Below, in pieces: positions 46,601-53,154 of a stretch of DNA of 64,000 bases (its first letter is position 1; every line of letters starts with the position of its first letter). The translations under genes and the position numbers were made by a program. The notes beneath the pieces are model-generated. The model saw nothing but the letters and a program-made list of their open reading frames with translations, was not told where the DNA came from and did no database searches. The stretch is taken from IMG/VR virus record IMGVR_UViG_3300037400_001617, one strand, 5' to 3'. This DNA is from a virus (Duplodnaviria > Caudoviricetes).

Positions 46601-47980
46601 GTCCCCTCCAATACCCTGTTTCATATAAGAGAAGAAATCTCCCATAGCAGACATAGCCTTGTTCTTCTCATTCTTGAGAATCTCGTTATACTTGGCTCTC
46701 TTAGTAGTCCACTTACCGCTATTATAGTCGTAGATCTCCTCATCTTCTCCTGTCAATGCAGAAGCGATTTTAGCGAGGTGATGCGGCATAACTTCTGTGA
46801 TGGCTTTCTTAGTAATACCGTCAAATGGAACTGGGCCTTTTGTGTACTTGGAAGTATCGAAGTTGCCTTCTCTATCCATCTTCATACCGAAGATGGATCC
46901 CATAAGCTTATTCATTCCAGTACCATTGAGCTTCATATTGTTTAACTGACCAAAGAGAGTATAAGCAAGACCTCCAAGAACTTCGTTCAGGTTATTAGCT
47001 GAAGCTTTGAAGTTCTTATTGATATTCTTCTTAAGAAATCCCTGAGTGAGATCTCTCATTGGGTTAGCGAACATGAGAGCGAGGGTATTACCTTCGCCGA
47101 TTTTAAACGAATCCATAGAAAGACCAGTAGCTTCAGTGATAGTATCACTGATGTTCTTCTTGATAGCATTCTTATAATCCTTGAGGTTAAGCATACCATT
47201 AGCATTGACTACACTAGTGGCGGTAACTTTGTTCCCCTTCTTTTGTGTCTGACGCTGGTCTTCATACAGATTTCTCTGCATCTTGAGAAGTTCATCGAGC
47301 TGAGCTACTATGGTATTAGTATTCTTCTCGATCTTCTCATAGAACTTAGCAGTCTTTTCCCAAGTCTTCTGCTGATTCTTGATATTAGTATTAGCCGAGT
47401 CTGTAAGCAGTCTAGTGATTCTTTCGAATCCATTATTGACTGATCCCATGAGCTTCTCGTTCTGCATAAAGAGAAGAGTAGTGTTCTCTCTAGATGAATC
47501 TATCTGAGCTTTGCCAACTGTGACAATAGCATCAGTAGTCATCATAGTATTGAGCTTAGAATTCTTCTTGATAGCTGTAGCAATGATCTTGTCACCATCG
47601 CTTACATCCATTCCTTCTTTATCCCAGTCGAACTCGGCTCCATCCATATCCCAGTCGTCGCCGATACCAAGACCGCCAAACTTCTCAGTGAGTCTGGTTT
47701 CACGATCCTTAGCATACCAGTCGCCTGTTTTGATATCTTCTATGAGCGAGTTTACACCTACAGAAGCAGCTACATAAACATCGCTTTTCTGAAATCTATC
47801 CTTAACACGTTTAAACGTAGTACGATAGTCTCGTACCGAGTTGTATGCGCCCTTTAAGGATTCCTTATTCTCTTCAACGAATGATTTAGGGTTGGTAAAC
47901 ATCTCACCTGCTACATCAGCAGCAGAATAGATGACTGACTTACCAACGTTCTTAGCATATTGAGCTACCTTATTAAGCAT
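34613..47980 (-). CDS. Giant tape-measure/tail-associated lysin (4455 aa) with C39-like peptidase, phage tail lysozyme and M23 peptidase domains
   Basis: DSGCGPAAAA...SHYVVATG...VEDS; AAACGAIGNWEQECG...GIMQWT...AAANFERVFE; HNGTDL...HL...STGRHLHF; long helical N-terminal region with Gly-rich hydrophobic segments. Confidence 0.85.
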   Translation of the reverse strand: MLNKVAQYAKNVGKSVIYSAADVAGEMFTNPKSFVEENKESLKGAYNSVRDYRTTFKRVKDRFQKSDVYVAASVGVNSLIEDIKTGDWYAKDRETRLTEKFGGLGIGDDWDMDGAEFDWDKEGMDVSDGDKIIATAIKKNSKLNTMMTTDAIVTVGKAQIDSSRENTTLLFMQNEKLMGSVNNGFERITRLLTDSANTNIKNQQKTWEKTAKFYEKIEKNTNTIVAQLDELLKMQRNLYEDQRQTQKKGNKVTATSVVNANGMLNLKDYKNAIKKNISDTITEATGLSMDSFKIGEGNTLALMFANPMRDLTQGFLKKNINKNFKASANNLNEVLGGLAYTLFGQLNNMKLNGTGMNKLMGSIFGMKMDREGNFDTSKYTKGPVPFDGITKKAITEVMPHHLAKIASALTGEDEEIYDYNSGKWTTKRAKYNEILKNEKNKAMSAMGDFFSYMKQGIGGDFNKIMKNKQDADKFIKGLTAFANAFYENPDFNMLRNPREYGIDENIAQFIQKSFQETKYKYRYTKKRDWRYGNGTAERDREQQRVAGLDWSNGSPILTNRDDVTVVLANTIKSVFESRKRNADKRNDTGNNPLALELLFASEGIDINKNSGEWLERFKNKYGDYDQKSIMNSPTAKAIAMTTDQYGYTIFDYLKNIKLDLAGIRNNGLFSILLGGGDPNDASTSSDPMTFETKEKFDWKRLEHRYSKQKANDEKAFERRYQEELAKWEQNEKYRKAGDKRYNRKLRRPNRVDLDADNVRSQFGSVLNDITEEFKRDEAERQKQEKANEKDMFDVLEEWGLITSDEKRNARSVKYDKEKDIKEQMKAAQGGKAKLLLARAYMKSLADKPWQYATDAMVSTEALIHDIFFKHAFKMKNKDGETVEEEGLFGMLQQKFTDGFNELTNRIGTTLEKFFTDENGWWQRNVVKKLLAPDSFLGQLKEAILGKADGEGFRTGGILGGLWDRTRSNAHDVIEMARRDLRDLTGRNRDRDDEEGSSDSSGSSDSSSSEWYNNKDKKKAIRQIVKSSFNPSLIPVKYTTQKITGFGTEYIKWAASVNMSYNDAARQESVIHYFTNERTDRLPITDFNRVKNRFRRKTNTIKVDDEQRSKIMNLKNQYRGSKDDRFLDKCRNALTLKGADDAEADKYVQFIMSHNINYKQMKADVGGDGQEVFDKYADRYMHGETEAQKKERQLQRLRIRRNNNFDTVIDSSFLNPTINSESQPSPEVTEQERAKEEREKKISETLSKVIGPTLEKITGPLKKIAEALGNPIGDNRDEEEQILDNLNLSGAAYGGVAKSNMTSILSPGEIVMGRGGSGVVPKMGVYGLSKGDVVINPASPSTASRQYTAERKYRNKLMANATASEGTDTDEKSIRQSILDFFNNGEKVDVATDYLAKAGIGGVAGALLGVPLLGAGLGIATGLSKRSNGFANALFGNLGENGERDDTGLISTELQKAFPSMRKGALLGGALSLVTPLGPLAGILLGGAAGIAEHEGMFDGLIFGEDSLLGDKEKFKQKLPKIGLGALAGAVFSPIGILPGALLGSAAGMVTSTDKFKEFIFGKEVNGKKQGGVVGTIKKAINPLTNFGRDLIESTMSAIFGEKVQDENGKEKREGGLIGEVKDWVIKPFKEGAESIAQSFKNVAQDIKDTFAEKIGKHFENVFGENLAARITDFLRNPLKKLIGGAVKVGGTIALSPFIAGAHMVKSVGNRLERGRIRRGTAYNKSAEERLQYRDQHKFGFGFDAMMRGRGFKNKESIEFDTNIADVARDRTSTQIGDIEAQLAALTTGDPYRDRYNQAKNDFSNSLLEYMNTADAGRLTKMLRYPAPDFKAAQSFIKSKAKGKDGRTLLDKSDQEAILKLLDQFKKDTQRIMQQQQVFKNTSKEQMLENLKKAGISEKFLKNKKGLEKLRKNFHTEYKAKYHQEAEDGIATPQGKIENNVAVISDQIADLPDKIGKAIWDAYYQYKDTNDQFNSEKAKRDQAFNKAKADYAAARGYADVSMLSDYEIDTIKSQVGYTDDKDLMERIRRDRAKVTSGLAEASGLKGEVRERYSRIKAENPGITAEEARLRALAEMESEHDLRNSSAGGNADADDFGGTRRRNNFLLRRGIGVAKLGARTLGLAGSVASHVPIVGSLFNRLGTGANDLANWLGENQDYSASNKDKQDDVDKEGKILTITDDAYITKRHSTLEKVIKTMYDTFKRKYKDRNGGVKYKGVVYPFTIDGFRDYIKVAFPDFEDKKYRKELSDMQRKRKKDYSGLIDRILNIKSIKSLLDTAETFFNNNTNTIHTNAFVSDGFHPIRSIKNFFSGNKNSEKGSKDAQDNEKNSVFSKMLAELKEIKGNTKESLKDKVGNIKEKGKSLIQRLISGAVKVAIFAPLLTGIYKQFIKPWAKEHLVPFFKDKLGPIFLGKKNSYTDEDGNPVEKWEGGIFSGLANMISPALAKVKNFFKGVKDWIFNKGEYSAPDKGSSGFLHSFVDLWKIGADAIMTKLPVILKSFGGDLSNLIGKAVETVAENAIPLMGTIAKGVAKGAANVIKGDTETKPGAYKDDTRAIMNMATEYNNSNTNLDNQSKALLANAKSVHSVTNPFTGQKTLFAISQQGEINSLNSVSVSPIGSDLAKMAGSYSSTQDSDIPKPKTDVKEKDLTGAKKTDLSGVEILHNKGNTKAYSKDDYGNIYDRKDIVEFAHKDINLKDNASWQGAHEEGNMIDAVAADESNAQRQSRGNRFLSTFIKDALIQNSSYRGLHGSAARLIGGALQKSGRFTRKTFGKIPGLTGKFSKLTGRVVETEGKAVGKATNKAGKWGAKMGWKNRLINRLAAKIEDKGLDEVLSMNVKDIFRKNAKEVAEEGIEQTTKGAITKMEKEVAEKAAKEVAGETVEKVTKEGGEKVLKEMAEEATEKGTKKAITEGAEKGVLSKLTGLIKKAFKKFFGEGSMFKELADNIAAKFGKKITSKGVEEGIEEGAEKAAKEVAERCAKKSVTIAGKIVGAVVEVAIMLIDYSKGKTQAADILQVTPDEIDSVDRQLAGLAKVLSGLVMVLSPSQCVMACIHLFESIAKCGLEDEYIRRQEEANEFIKAYNEEHGTDMSLEEYNYSREKNKLDRVLWSYADKAGNGLINSITSIPGRAKTQLTNIKNGDFKKAFTQAIDWTKSDTKAIGNWIKDSATDVWNTDAVKSVRKKAKDAGDWIVDKGSKIGKGVKKHAKKAWNTVTGWFNARADQNMYRIPAEILDRIGVDIDPEDVMEYIKRAPRRGLERIKSAPSRMMDRFKGMVGTAKGLLTGETSISDVTGTIQGSIKNGLNSAFGKVSNIGKAFRSLISKNAATDKKINDGVLTPLDSKFWEVRGDTNAGIADSMFSLKELMERVIKAPFAIVSNTMRNVTNSMSNDKGDIKTTKVSSSSTGKDTKSDTSFTAKLSSSIKSGISKIKSIFGMGNDDSYGNGTYDPDHIYQRNYNAAYSTKGDSTKQTLADSGCGPAAAATVARRFGIKDANITEAGRYAMNNNYKEVNGGTYPAFFTDYLAKKGIPANVTSSNKSVMKSLLSGNPVVLMGNDSSNSGSTPYGSQSHYVVATGIDRNGKLIVEDSESRTSGDRYDLASTLANSSVKITTGMGKETLLSKFISNTANAILVPYGKILRNILSTSSTKKGSTSGSVGGNPGDASKMKGKSLTLTDDVGNTHTISITDDEVELYAMLTGDCGLSPAAACGAIGNWEQECGINSIRNIATKGVIYYGGGIMQWTPGSKHENWARDNGFAGDVWSWEANLEHAKYEIMNGGNWSNPANASPSFASQGLTPVGSFEEFKKLSDPESAAANFERVFEVSGDWNGRNSEGVSYSENMIYDRLRRLNAKILYELIVNGKSDSDSTGKGKSKANRILSRFGKGTDGYDYESYYRDSARAYKQRLYEMNELKHHRGAFANTTGPAYDAAYKRIKDDLDKAEIQYKMAESFRANKNVGKSDAEAFEVVYGAHINKGNRFPDKYGTVIQDKRTAKEIAKEIKEDESSDSKTSSSTSSSSSAASSGSKSLLSIISNDIITASKKLFGPLYDALFGDTASEEDGASMSSGVPGDVNTNFNGEIVAPFRGTFRCSCRFGWYNDGVHPNGHNGTDLLASGDSDEAWTVYSLCDGVVTHVTSGYAPNTGCLGSSDGGGAGNYVEITGTDGYIYQFMHLNAIHQDIKENAQVYIGSPIGIGGHTGSSTGRHLHFGIKKSDGTFINPEVYIMGFPNDDIVEYQEYESHLFTGQGRKAPKISMSEFKFGTARSKAPERVSQSRRAELAMRMRSANKKIYNTLGAEQQSQRRKLIKVRSEDNRRNPQLIQTGIYADAVHNTARRNIVPQTNIKINGSDAVVTPVNSGMGRGGISESSSTINLELTSVVDILKTIADNSARNEQIVQLLAAIVANTAAKNGDTTTADLLKLITAAGGNSNTSAPITALNSILNNSTGKDISSAVYQIAKN

Positions 47981-48005
47981 AAGGCTCTCCTCCTTTCTAT
48001 TAGAT

Positions 48006-48017
48006 TACTAAGATGTT
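48006..48017 (-). promoter_or_regulatory. Late promoter AACA-TCTTAG-TA
   Basis: Consensus match upstream of tape-measure gene. Confidence 0.72.
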
Positions 48018-48039
48018 CCTCCCTCCAAATTGGTACGAT

Positions 48040-48073
48040 TGTATACTATTAGAGGGCAATCAACCATTAAATA
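48040..48073 (+). promoter_or_regulatory. Early-type TGTATACTAT-TAGA-GGG (48040-48056) plus late variant AACC-ATTAAA-TA (48062-48073)
   Basis: Tandem motif matches upstream of the DNA polymerase gene. Confidence 0.5.
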
Positions 48074-48122
48074 ATCAAGTAATCGTACGTATTTGGGGCG
48101 ATTACGAACAAGGAGGAAAACT

Positions 48123-50279
48123 ATGATACCAATATCAGACAGAGGTCTTACAATCTATAAGACCGAAATGAAAGAAGCGTTGAGACTGTCTTTCCCAAGA
48201 CTGTTCGATACGGACATTGACGCAGCTATAGACTATTCTATAGCAAAAAGATTTTCAGACACTCCAGTAAAACTGGATAACAACTACACACACAACACCC
48301 AAAACACAACACTTTACAACGTGTTGAATTATATCATAGAACGAGAACCGATAGTAACTGTATCTGGTGTTCTCTTCAAGAAGCATGGCACTTGCCCTAA
48401 CCCATACGTAGATCTCATTCAGGAATTCCTGACTAAGAGAGCTGAGTATAAGGGAATGATGCTTAAGTATCCTAAGGGATCAGAGATGTATGAGAAGTAC
48501 AATCTTCTTCAGCTTTCAGAGAAGGTATCTGCAAATGCTATCTATGGAGCTAGTGGTAATCATACATCTATCTTCTACAACGTTAACGTTGCATCATCTA
48601 TCACAATGCAGGGTCAGAACTGTATTGCTACAGCACTTCTGTTGTTTGAAGCTACACTCAACAATAACGTTAAGTTCGGCTCACTCAATGAGATTATACA
48701 GTTCATCAATAACGTTCGTCGTGAGAGACCTACTCGTAAGTATAATGACTACGATGTCATTGATATGCCAGTATCGGCATACGATGTATTCTGTCAGCTT
48801 ATCTGTACATGTGGTTTCTACTACAGACCTTCAGAGAAGGATCTGATGATTGTATGGGATATCATCAATCAGCTTGACCAGGAAGACCTTAATCGTATCT
48901 TCTTTAAGAATAACCTCTTCTACTTCTTCGACAATAAGTATGTTATGGATAAGGTCGTATACTTCCTTAGTCTGCTTCCGATACACTTCATGGATCCGAA
49001 CAAGACTCCTAATGCTAAGGACATCTATGATGCTCTTAAGGATACTGATAACCCGATGACAGAGGAAGAAGCTAGTCATCTTGCAGATCAGATCAAAGCG
49101 GCTCTTGATGAAGTATATGAACTCGTTAAGGAGTATGTATACTATGGTCATCAGTACATGGATCGTCTCGACAGAGCAGAGAACATGGTTCGTTCTGTAT
49201 CTATTCTTACCGATACCGACTCTTGTTTCATCAGCTTTGACGGATGGTATCGTTATCTTCTTGATAAGACTTACTCTATCCCGATGAGGATTAAGGAGAT
49301 CGAGCAGGACAATGAGGGTAAGGTATGGAGAGCAGACGTTCATTCTTATGACTATGACTTCTTTAAAGATGAAGTTATTGATCTTCAGCAGACTCTTAAT
49401 GATGATAACGCTGTAGGACCTACAGCAGGATATCGTTGTTCACTTATCAACGTACTTGCTCATATCATGGGTCGTCTGTCGATTGACTATATGACAAGAT
49501 ACTCTACAAACTCTAATGCTATCAAGACTGCTGACGGTAAGATACGTAAGTCATTCTTCATTCTCAAGAACGAGTTCCAGCTTAAGCAGGCACTGGTTAC
49601 AATGGTAAAGAAGAACTACTGTTGTTATCAGGAGCGTCAGGAGAATGCATTCATTCCTCTTGAAGAAGCTCTTGATGTTAAGGGTATGCCTATCCGTAAG
49701 GTTGGAATACCTGAGAAGACTGCGAGAAGAATTGAAGAAATCCTATGGTACTTCGTTCTCAATGCAGAACAGATCTCGCAGATAGATATCATCAAACAAT
49801 TGGCTGCACTTGAGAAGATGATATACGAATCTCTCATGGCAGGTGATAAGAGTTACTTCAAGCCTCAGCGTATCAAAGCATCGTCTGGTTATGCAGATCC
49901 TATGGGTCAGTATACTATCAAAGCCGCTGTAGCATACAATCTCCTTAGGAGAGATAACGAACCAATCATCGACCTTACTACACGTAACACTGTTCTGATC
50001 ATCAAGACAGATATGACTGAGAAGAATATCGATCAGATCAAGGATACTTTCCCTGATGTGTATGAGAGAGCGGTAAAGATGCTCGCTACAAAGGACTTCA
50101 AGGGCGAGTGTGGTAATATAGCTATACTTTCCGAAGAAGAAGTACCAGAGTGGGTTAAACCATTCATCAACTATACTCAGGTTATCAATGACAATATAGC
50201 TACGTTCCCAGTAGAAGCTCTCGGCATTGACAGAAGAGAGAAGAAGAGTGTAAACTTCACTAACATTGTATCTCTGTAA
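48123..50279 (+). CDS. Family B DNA polymerase, polymerase subunit of a split enzyme
   Basis: Motif B QLSEKVSANAIYG; motif C TDTDS; KKNY; no exonuclease domain or DxxSLYP motif A seen. Confidence 0.88.
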   Translation: MIPISDRGLTIYKTEMKEALRLSFPRLFDTDIDAAIDYSIAKRFSDTPVKLDNNYTHNTQNTTLYNVLNYIIEREPIVTVSGVLFKKHGTCPNPYVDLIQEFLTKRAEYKGMMLKYPKGSEMYEKYNLLQLSEKVSANAIYGASGNHTSIFYNVNVASSITMQGQNCIATALLLFEATLNNNVKFGSLNEIIQFINNVRRERPTRKYNDYDVIDMPVSAYDVFCQLICTCGFYYRPSEKDLMIVWDIINQLDQEDLNRIFFKNNLFYFFDNKYVMDKVVYFLSLLPIHFMDPNKTPNAKDIYDALKDTDNPMTEEEASHLADQIKAALDEVYELVKEYVYYGHQYMDRLDRAENMVRSVSILTDTDSCFISFDGWYRYLLDKTYSIPMRIKEIEQDNEGKVWRADVHSYDYDFFKDEVIDLQQTLNDDNAVGPTAGYRCSLINVLAHIMGRLSIDYMTRYSTNSNAIKTADGKIRKSFFILKNEFQLKQALVTMVKKNYCCYQERQENAFIPLEEALDVKGMPIRKVGIPEKTARRIEEILWYFVLNAEQISQIDIIKQLAALEKMIYESLMAGDKSYFKPQRIKASSGYADPMGQYTIKAAVAYNLLRRDNEPIIDLTTRNTVLIIKTDMTEKNIDQIKDTFPDVYERAVKMLATKDFKGECGNIAILSEEEVPEWVKPFINYTQVINDNIATFPVEALGIDRREKKSVNFTNIVSL

Positions 50280-50284
50280 GGCTG

Positions 50285-50319
50285 TGGGTAGGGGTTTCCC
50301 TACCCATTTCCTTCTTTTT
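50285..50319 (+). terminator. Terminator TGGGTAGGG/CCCTACCCA + pyrimidine tract
   Basis: Inverted repeat after stop. Confidence 0.8.
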
Positions 50320-50333
50320 AGTCGTTCGGATAG

Positions 50334-50345
50334 AACTATTATATA
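50334..50345 (+). promoter_or_regulatory. Late-type promoter variant AACT-ATTATA-TA
   Basis: Upstream of MGIYS-tagged gene. Confidence 0.55.
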
Positions 50346-50399
50346 ATCAGTAGTGGCAATTACACCACTCAGATATACTAAACAAGGAGGAATCCAACT

Positions 50400-50846
50400 A
50401 TGGGAATATATTCACAGTCAACTGGAGTAAGTCCTGAACTCGAATCAATAGACGTTAATATGGACGAACTCATGGAGGCTTTCTTCTATGACGACTTCGC
50501 TAACTGTAGCGATGAGGAAAAGAAAGCACTCTTCGAATCAGCAGAGATCGCTCTTCTTGAAAAGAAGAACATCACTAACCGTAAGACTATGGTTAGACTT
50601 AACAAGAACGACGACATCAGCAGACGTACAACTATGGCTGCTCTTCAGCTTGCTAAGGATAACAACGATCCTCTCTGGAAGTCTCTCAAGATCAACCGTA
50701 TCAAAGAGCGTAAGCTTCTCAATGCTATCGAGAAGAAGTACAACTCAAGAGCTCAGAAGGTTGCGAGAATCGGCCAGAAGGAGTATCTCAAGAATGTCAA
50801 CAAGCCTAAGATGCTTAAGACATCTGATATCTCACACAGAGACTAA
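50400..50846 (+). CDS. Small putative internal head protein (acidic N-terminal half, basic C-terminal half)
   Basis: MGIYSQ start; LMEA, LFES, LLEK sites; K/R-rich remainder. Confidence 0.65.
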   Translation: MGIYSQSTGVSPELESIDVNMDELMEAFFYDDFANCSDEEKKALFESAEIALLEKKNITNRKTMVRLNKNDDISRRTTMAALQLAKDNNDPLWKSLKINRIKERKLLNAIEKKYNSRAQKVARIGQKEYLKNVNKPKMLKTSDISHRD

Positions 50847-50852
50847 CATCGT

Positions 50853-50875
50853 GAGGGTAGGCATTGCCTACCCTC
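50853..50875. repeat. 23-bp hairpin GAGGGTAGGCATTGCCTACCCTC, copy 1 (terminator-like)
   Basis: Identical to 58997-59019. Confidence 0.85.
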
Positions 50876-50892
50876 TCAATTATGTCTTTCGT

Positions 50893-50933
50893 TGTATATT
50901 ATATTGGCGTCAGTAGAGGTTTACCTCTACTGA
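50893..50933 (+). promoter_or_regulatory. Early-type promoter TGTATATTAT-ATTG-GCG followed by 5' hairpin TCAGTAGAGG/CCTCTACTGA
   Basis: Motif and 10-bp stem seen directly. Confidence 0.65.
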
Positions 50934-50962
50934 AACTATCCAATACTAAGGAGGTAAAATAT

Positions 50963-53107
50963 ATGACACGAACCGATTTATATGGAGTATGGTCATGCCT
51001 ACTCGAAAGTGAAACAAACGTTGAGATCGTAGCCGAAGATCTCGACAATGCTAAACTTAACGACTACAGAATAGGTTTGCAGAATCTGATTACAGATAAT
51101 GTCGAACAGCCGTTAATGCAGACCAAAGTAACAGTCGTATTCAGAGACTATAAGAAGAGTGTGAGACTCACACTCCCAGATCTTATGGTAAATTTATGTA
51201 TGTGGGGATTTGTCGTTGAAGCAGGACACACCCTTAAGCCTTGGCATCTGTTCTTCTGTAAGAAGGGAATCGATAAGAAGGCTATAGCGAACTACATCAA
51301 CAAGTACGCCATCATACCTAACAGAGATACGATGGAACCTAAGAGACTTAATGAGATGATCTATACAAATCATAAGACTCTTAAGTTTGCTGAGAAGTTT
51401 GCTCTGTACTACAACAACTCAATCAATCATGAGGATTTCATTCTCATGGCAAACGCTTGTCCTGAGTTTGATGAGCTTATGCATAAGGACTATTCAAACC
51501 TTCCTGCTGATCAGATGAACGCCGAGGCAATGAAGGATTGTAATAGAATCATCGAGCTTATCCTTGAGAGCAAGAAGTGGATTGGAAGGGACCATTGTCT
51601 TGCAGACGCATTCAGAGCTAAGGTCGGTGTAAAGCCAAAGCAGTTTAGAGAGATGATCTCTAATATAGGCATAAAGCCTAATGGTGAGGGAGGAATCTTC
51701 CCCCACTCCATAGACGCTTCTTACATGAGAGGTGGTCTTAACCGTTTTGAATGGATGGTTGCTGAAGCAGGTATTGGACGTCAGGCTCAGATCTTATCCA
51801 AGCAGAACACAGCAGACTCAGGTGCTTTCGCCAGAGTACTTGGTCTGAATCAGATCGATACATGCCTCTATACAGATGAGTTCGGTAATGTTGATCCTAA
51901 CTATGATTGTCATACTAGAAACTTTGTTGAGGTGACACTCACTGAGGAGAACATCGAGATGTATCAAGACAGATACTTCAGATTCCATCCAGATGGAATG
52001 GAGTATAATACTGGATGCTTAGATACCCTTAGACACGATCTTGTTGGTCAGACAATCTATTTAAGATCTCCTATTACTTGTGCAAGTGCTGCTCGAGGAA
52101 AGGGTATCTGTAAGAGATGCTACGGTAATCTCTTCATGGGCAATAAAATCGTAAACATCGGAAAGATTGCAGCCGAGCTGATATCACAAACCCTCACTCA
52201 GCTTATGTTATCAGCTAAGCATCTTCTTGAGGCTAAGATTAGTAAGATTGAATGGAGCATTCCTCAGGAGCAGTTCGATCAGTTCTTCTCATTCGATGAT
52301 GAGGATATCTATATCAACTCAGAGTTCATGGGAGGTAAGAAGTGGTTACTCCATATCGACAGAGACAATGTAGATACTGAAACAGTTGTGTCTATGAGCG
52401 ATAGCGATAGTGAAGGAGACGACTTCGATATTCTCAGAGACTACATCACTCAGTTCGATATCATCACTCCAGATGGAGAAGTTATAGAGGTACATGGTAC
52501 AAATAATGAGTGTCTGTATCTTCAGGATGAGCTTTGCAAGCTTATCAACACTAAGCAGTACGAGGATGAAACTGACATCTTCATTCCTATCACAGATCTT
52601 CAGCAGTCCAGAATACCTATTTTTGGAGTGGGTATTTATAATGATGATCTTGGTAAGAATCTGAAGGAAGTTATGTCTATTATCAATCTCAAGACAAAGA
52701 CATGTAACTATACACGCCATGAGATTCTTAGAGACTTCATCAACAAACTCATAGATTGTGGTATGGGCGGTATCCGTTCTGTCCATGCAGAGATCATAAT
52801 CATGAATCAGATCAGAGATGTCGATGATGTACTTCTCAAACCTGATTGGGACTATCCAGATCAGAAGTATAGAATACTCACTCTTCGTCAGGCTTTAGAG
52901 TACAACCCGAGCATTCAGGTTACAATGCAGTATGAGAATCTTGCTCGTACTCTGTATAAGCCGATATCTTTCAGAAAGACAGCTCCAAGTAAACTTGATA
53001 TGTTTGCACATGTTCAGCCTCAGGTTTACATGGCAGAGGATGTAGAAAGCGAAGTTGTTACTAAGCCTCTCTTTGAAGTTATTGATAAGAGAGAAGATAA
53101 AAAATGA
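50963..53107 (+). CDS. rpoC: Phage multisubunit RNA polymerase beta' subunit, C-terminal part (probably the non-virion RNAP)
   Basis: Bridge helix KQNTADSGAFARVL; Zn site LRSPITC...GICKRCYG; trigger loop IAAELISQTLTQLMLSAKH; SVHAEIII; no DxDGD; early-type promoter; followed by SF2 helicase. Confidence 0.88.
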   Translation: MTRTDLYGVWSCLLESETNVEIVAEDLDNAKLNDYRIGLQNLITDNVEQPLMQTKVTVVFRDYKKSVRLTLPDLMVNLCMWGFVVEAGHTLKPWHLFFCKKGIDKKAIANYINKYAIIPNRDTMEPKRLNEMIYTNHKTLKFAEKFALYYNNSINHEDFILMANACPEFDELMHKDYSNLPADQMNAEAMKDCNRIIELILESKKWIGRDHCLADAFRAKVGVKPKQFREMISNIGIKPNGEGGIFPHSIDASYMRGGLNRFEWMVAEAGIGRQAQILSKQNTADSGAFARVLGLNQIDTCLYTDEFGNVDPNYDCHTRNFVEVTLTEENIEMYQDRYFRFHPDGMEYNTGCLDTLRHDLVGQTIYLRSPITCASAARGKGICKRCYGNLFMGNKIVNIGKIAAELISQTLTQLMLSAKHLLEAKISKIEWSIPQEQFDQFFSFDDEDIYINSEFMGGKKWLLHIDRDNVDTETVVSMSDSDSEGDDFDILRDYITQFDIITPDGEVIEVHGTNNECLYLQDELCKLINTKQYEDETDIFIPITDLQQSRIPIFGVGIYNDDLGKNLKEVMSIINLKTKTCNYTRHEILRDFINKLIDCGMGGIRSVHAEIIIMNQIRDVDDVLLKPDWDYPDQKYRILTLRQALEYNPSIQVTMQYENLARTLYKPISFRKTAPSKLDMFAHVQPQVYMAEDVESEVVTKPLFEVIDKREDKK

Positions 53108-53154
53108 TAGTGGGGAGGAATCTCCTCCCCATTCTTTAGGGAGGAGGACAACCA

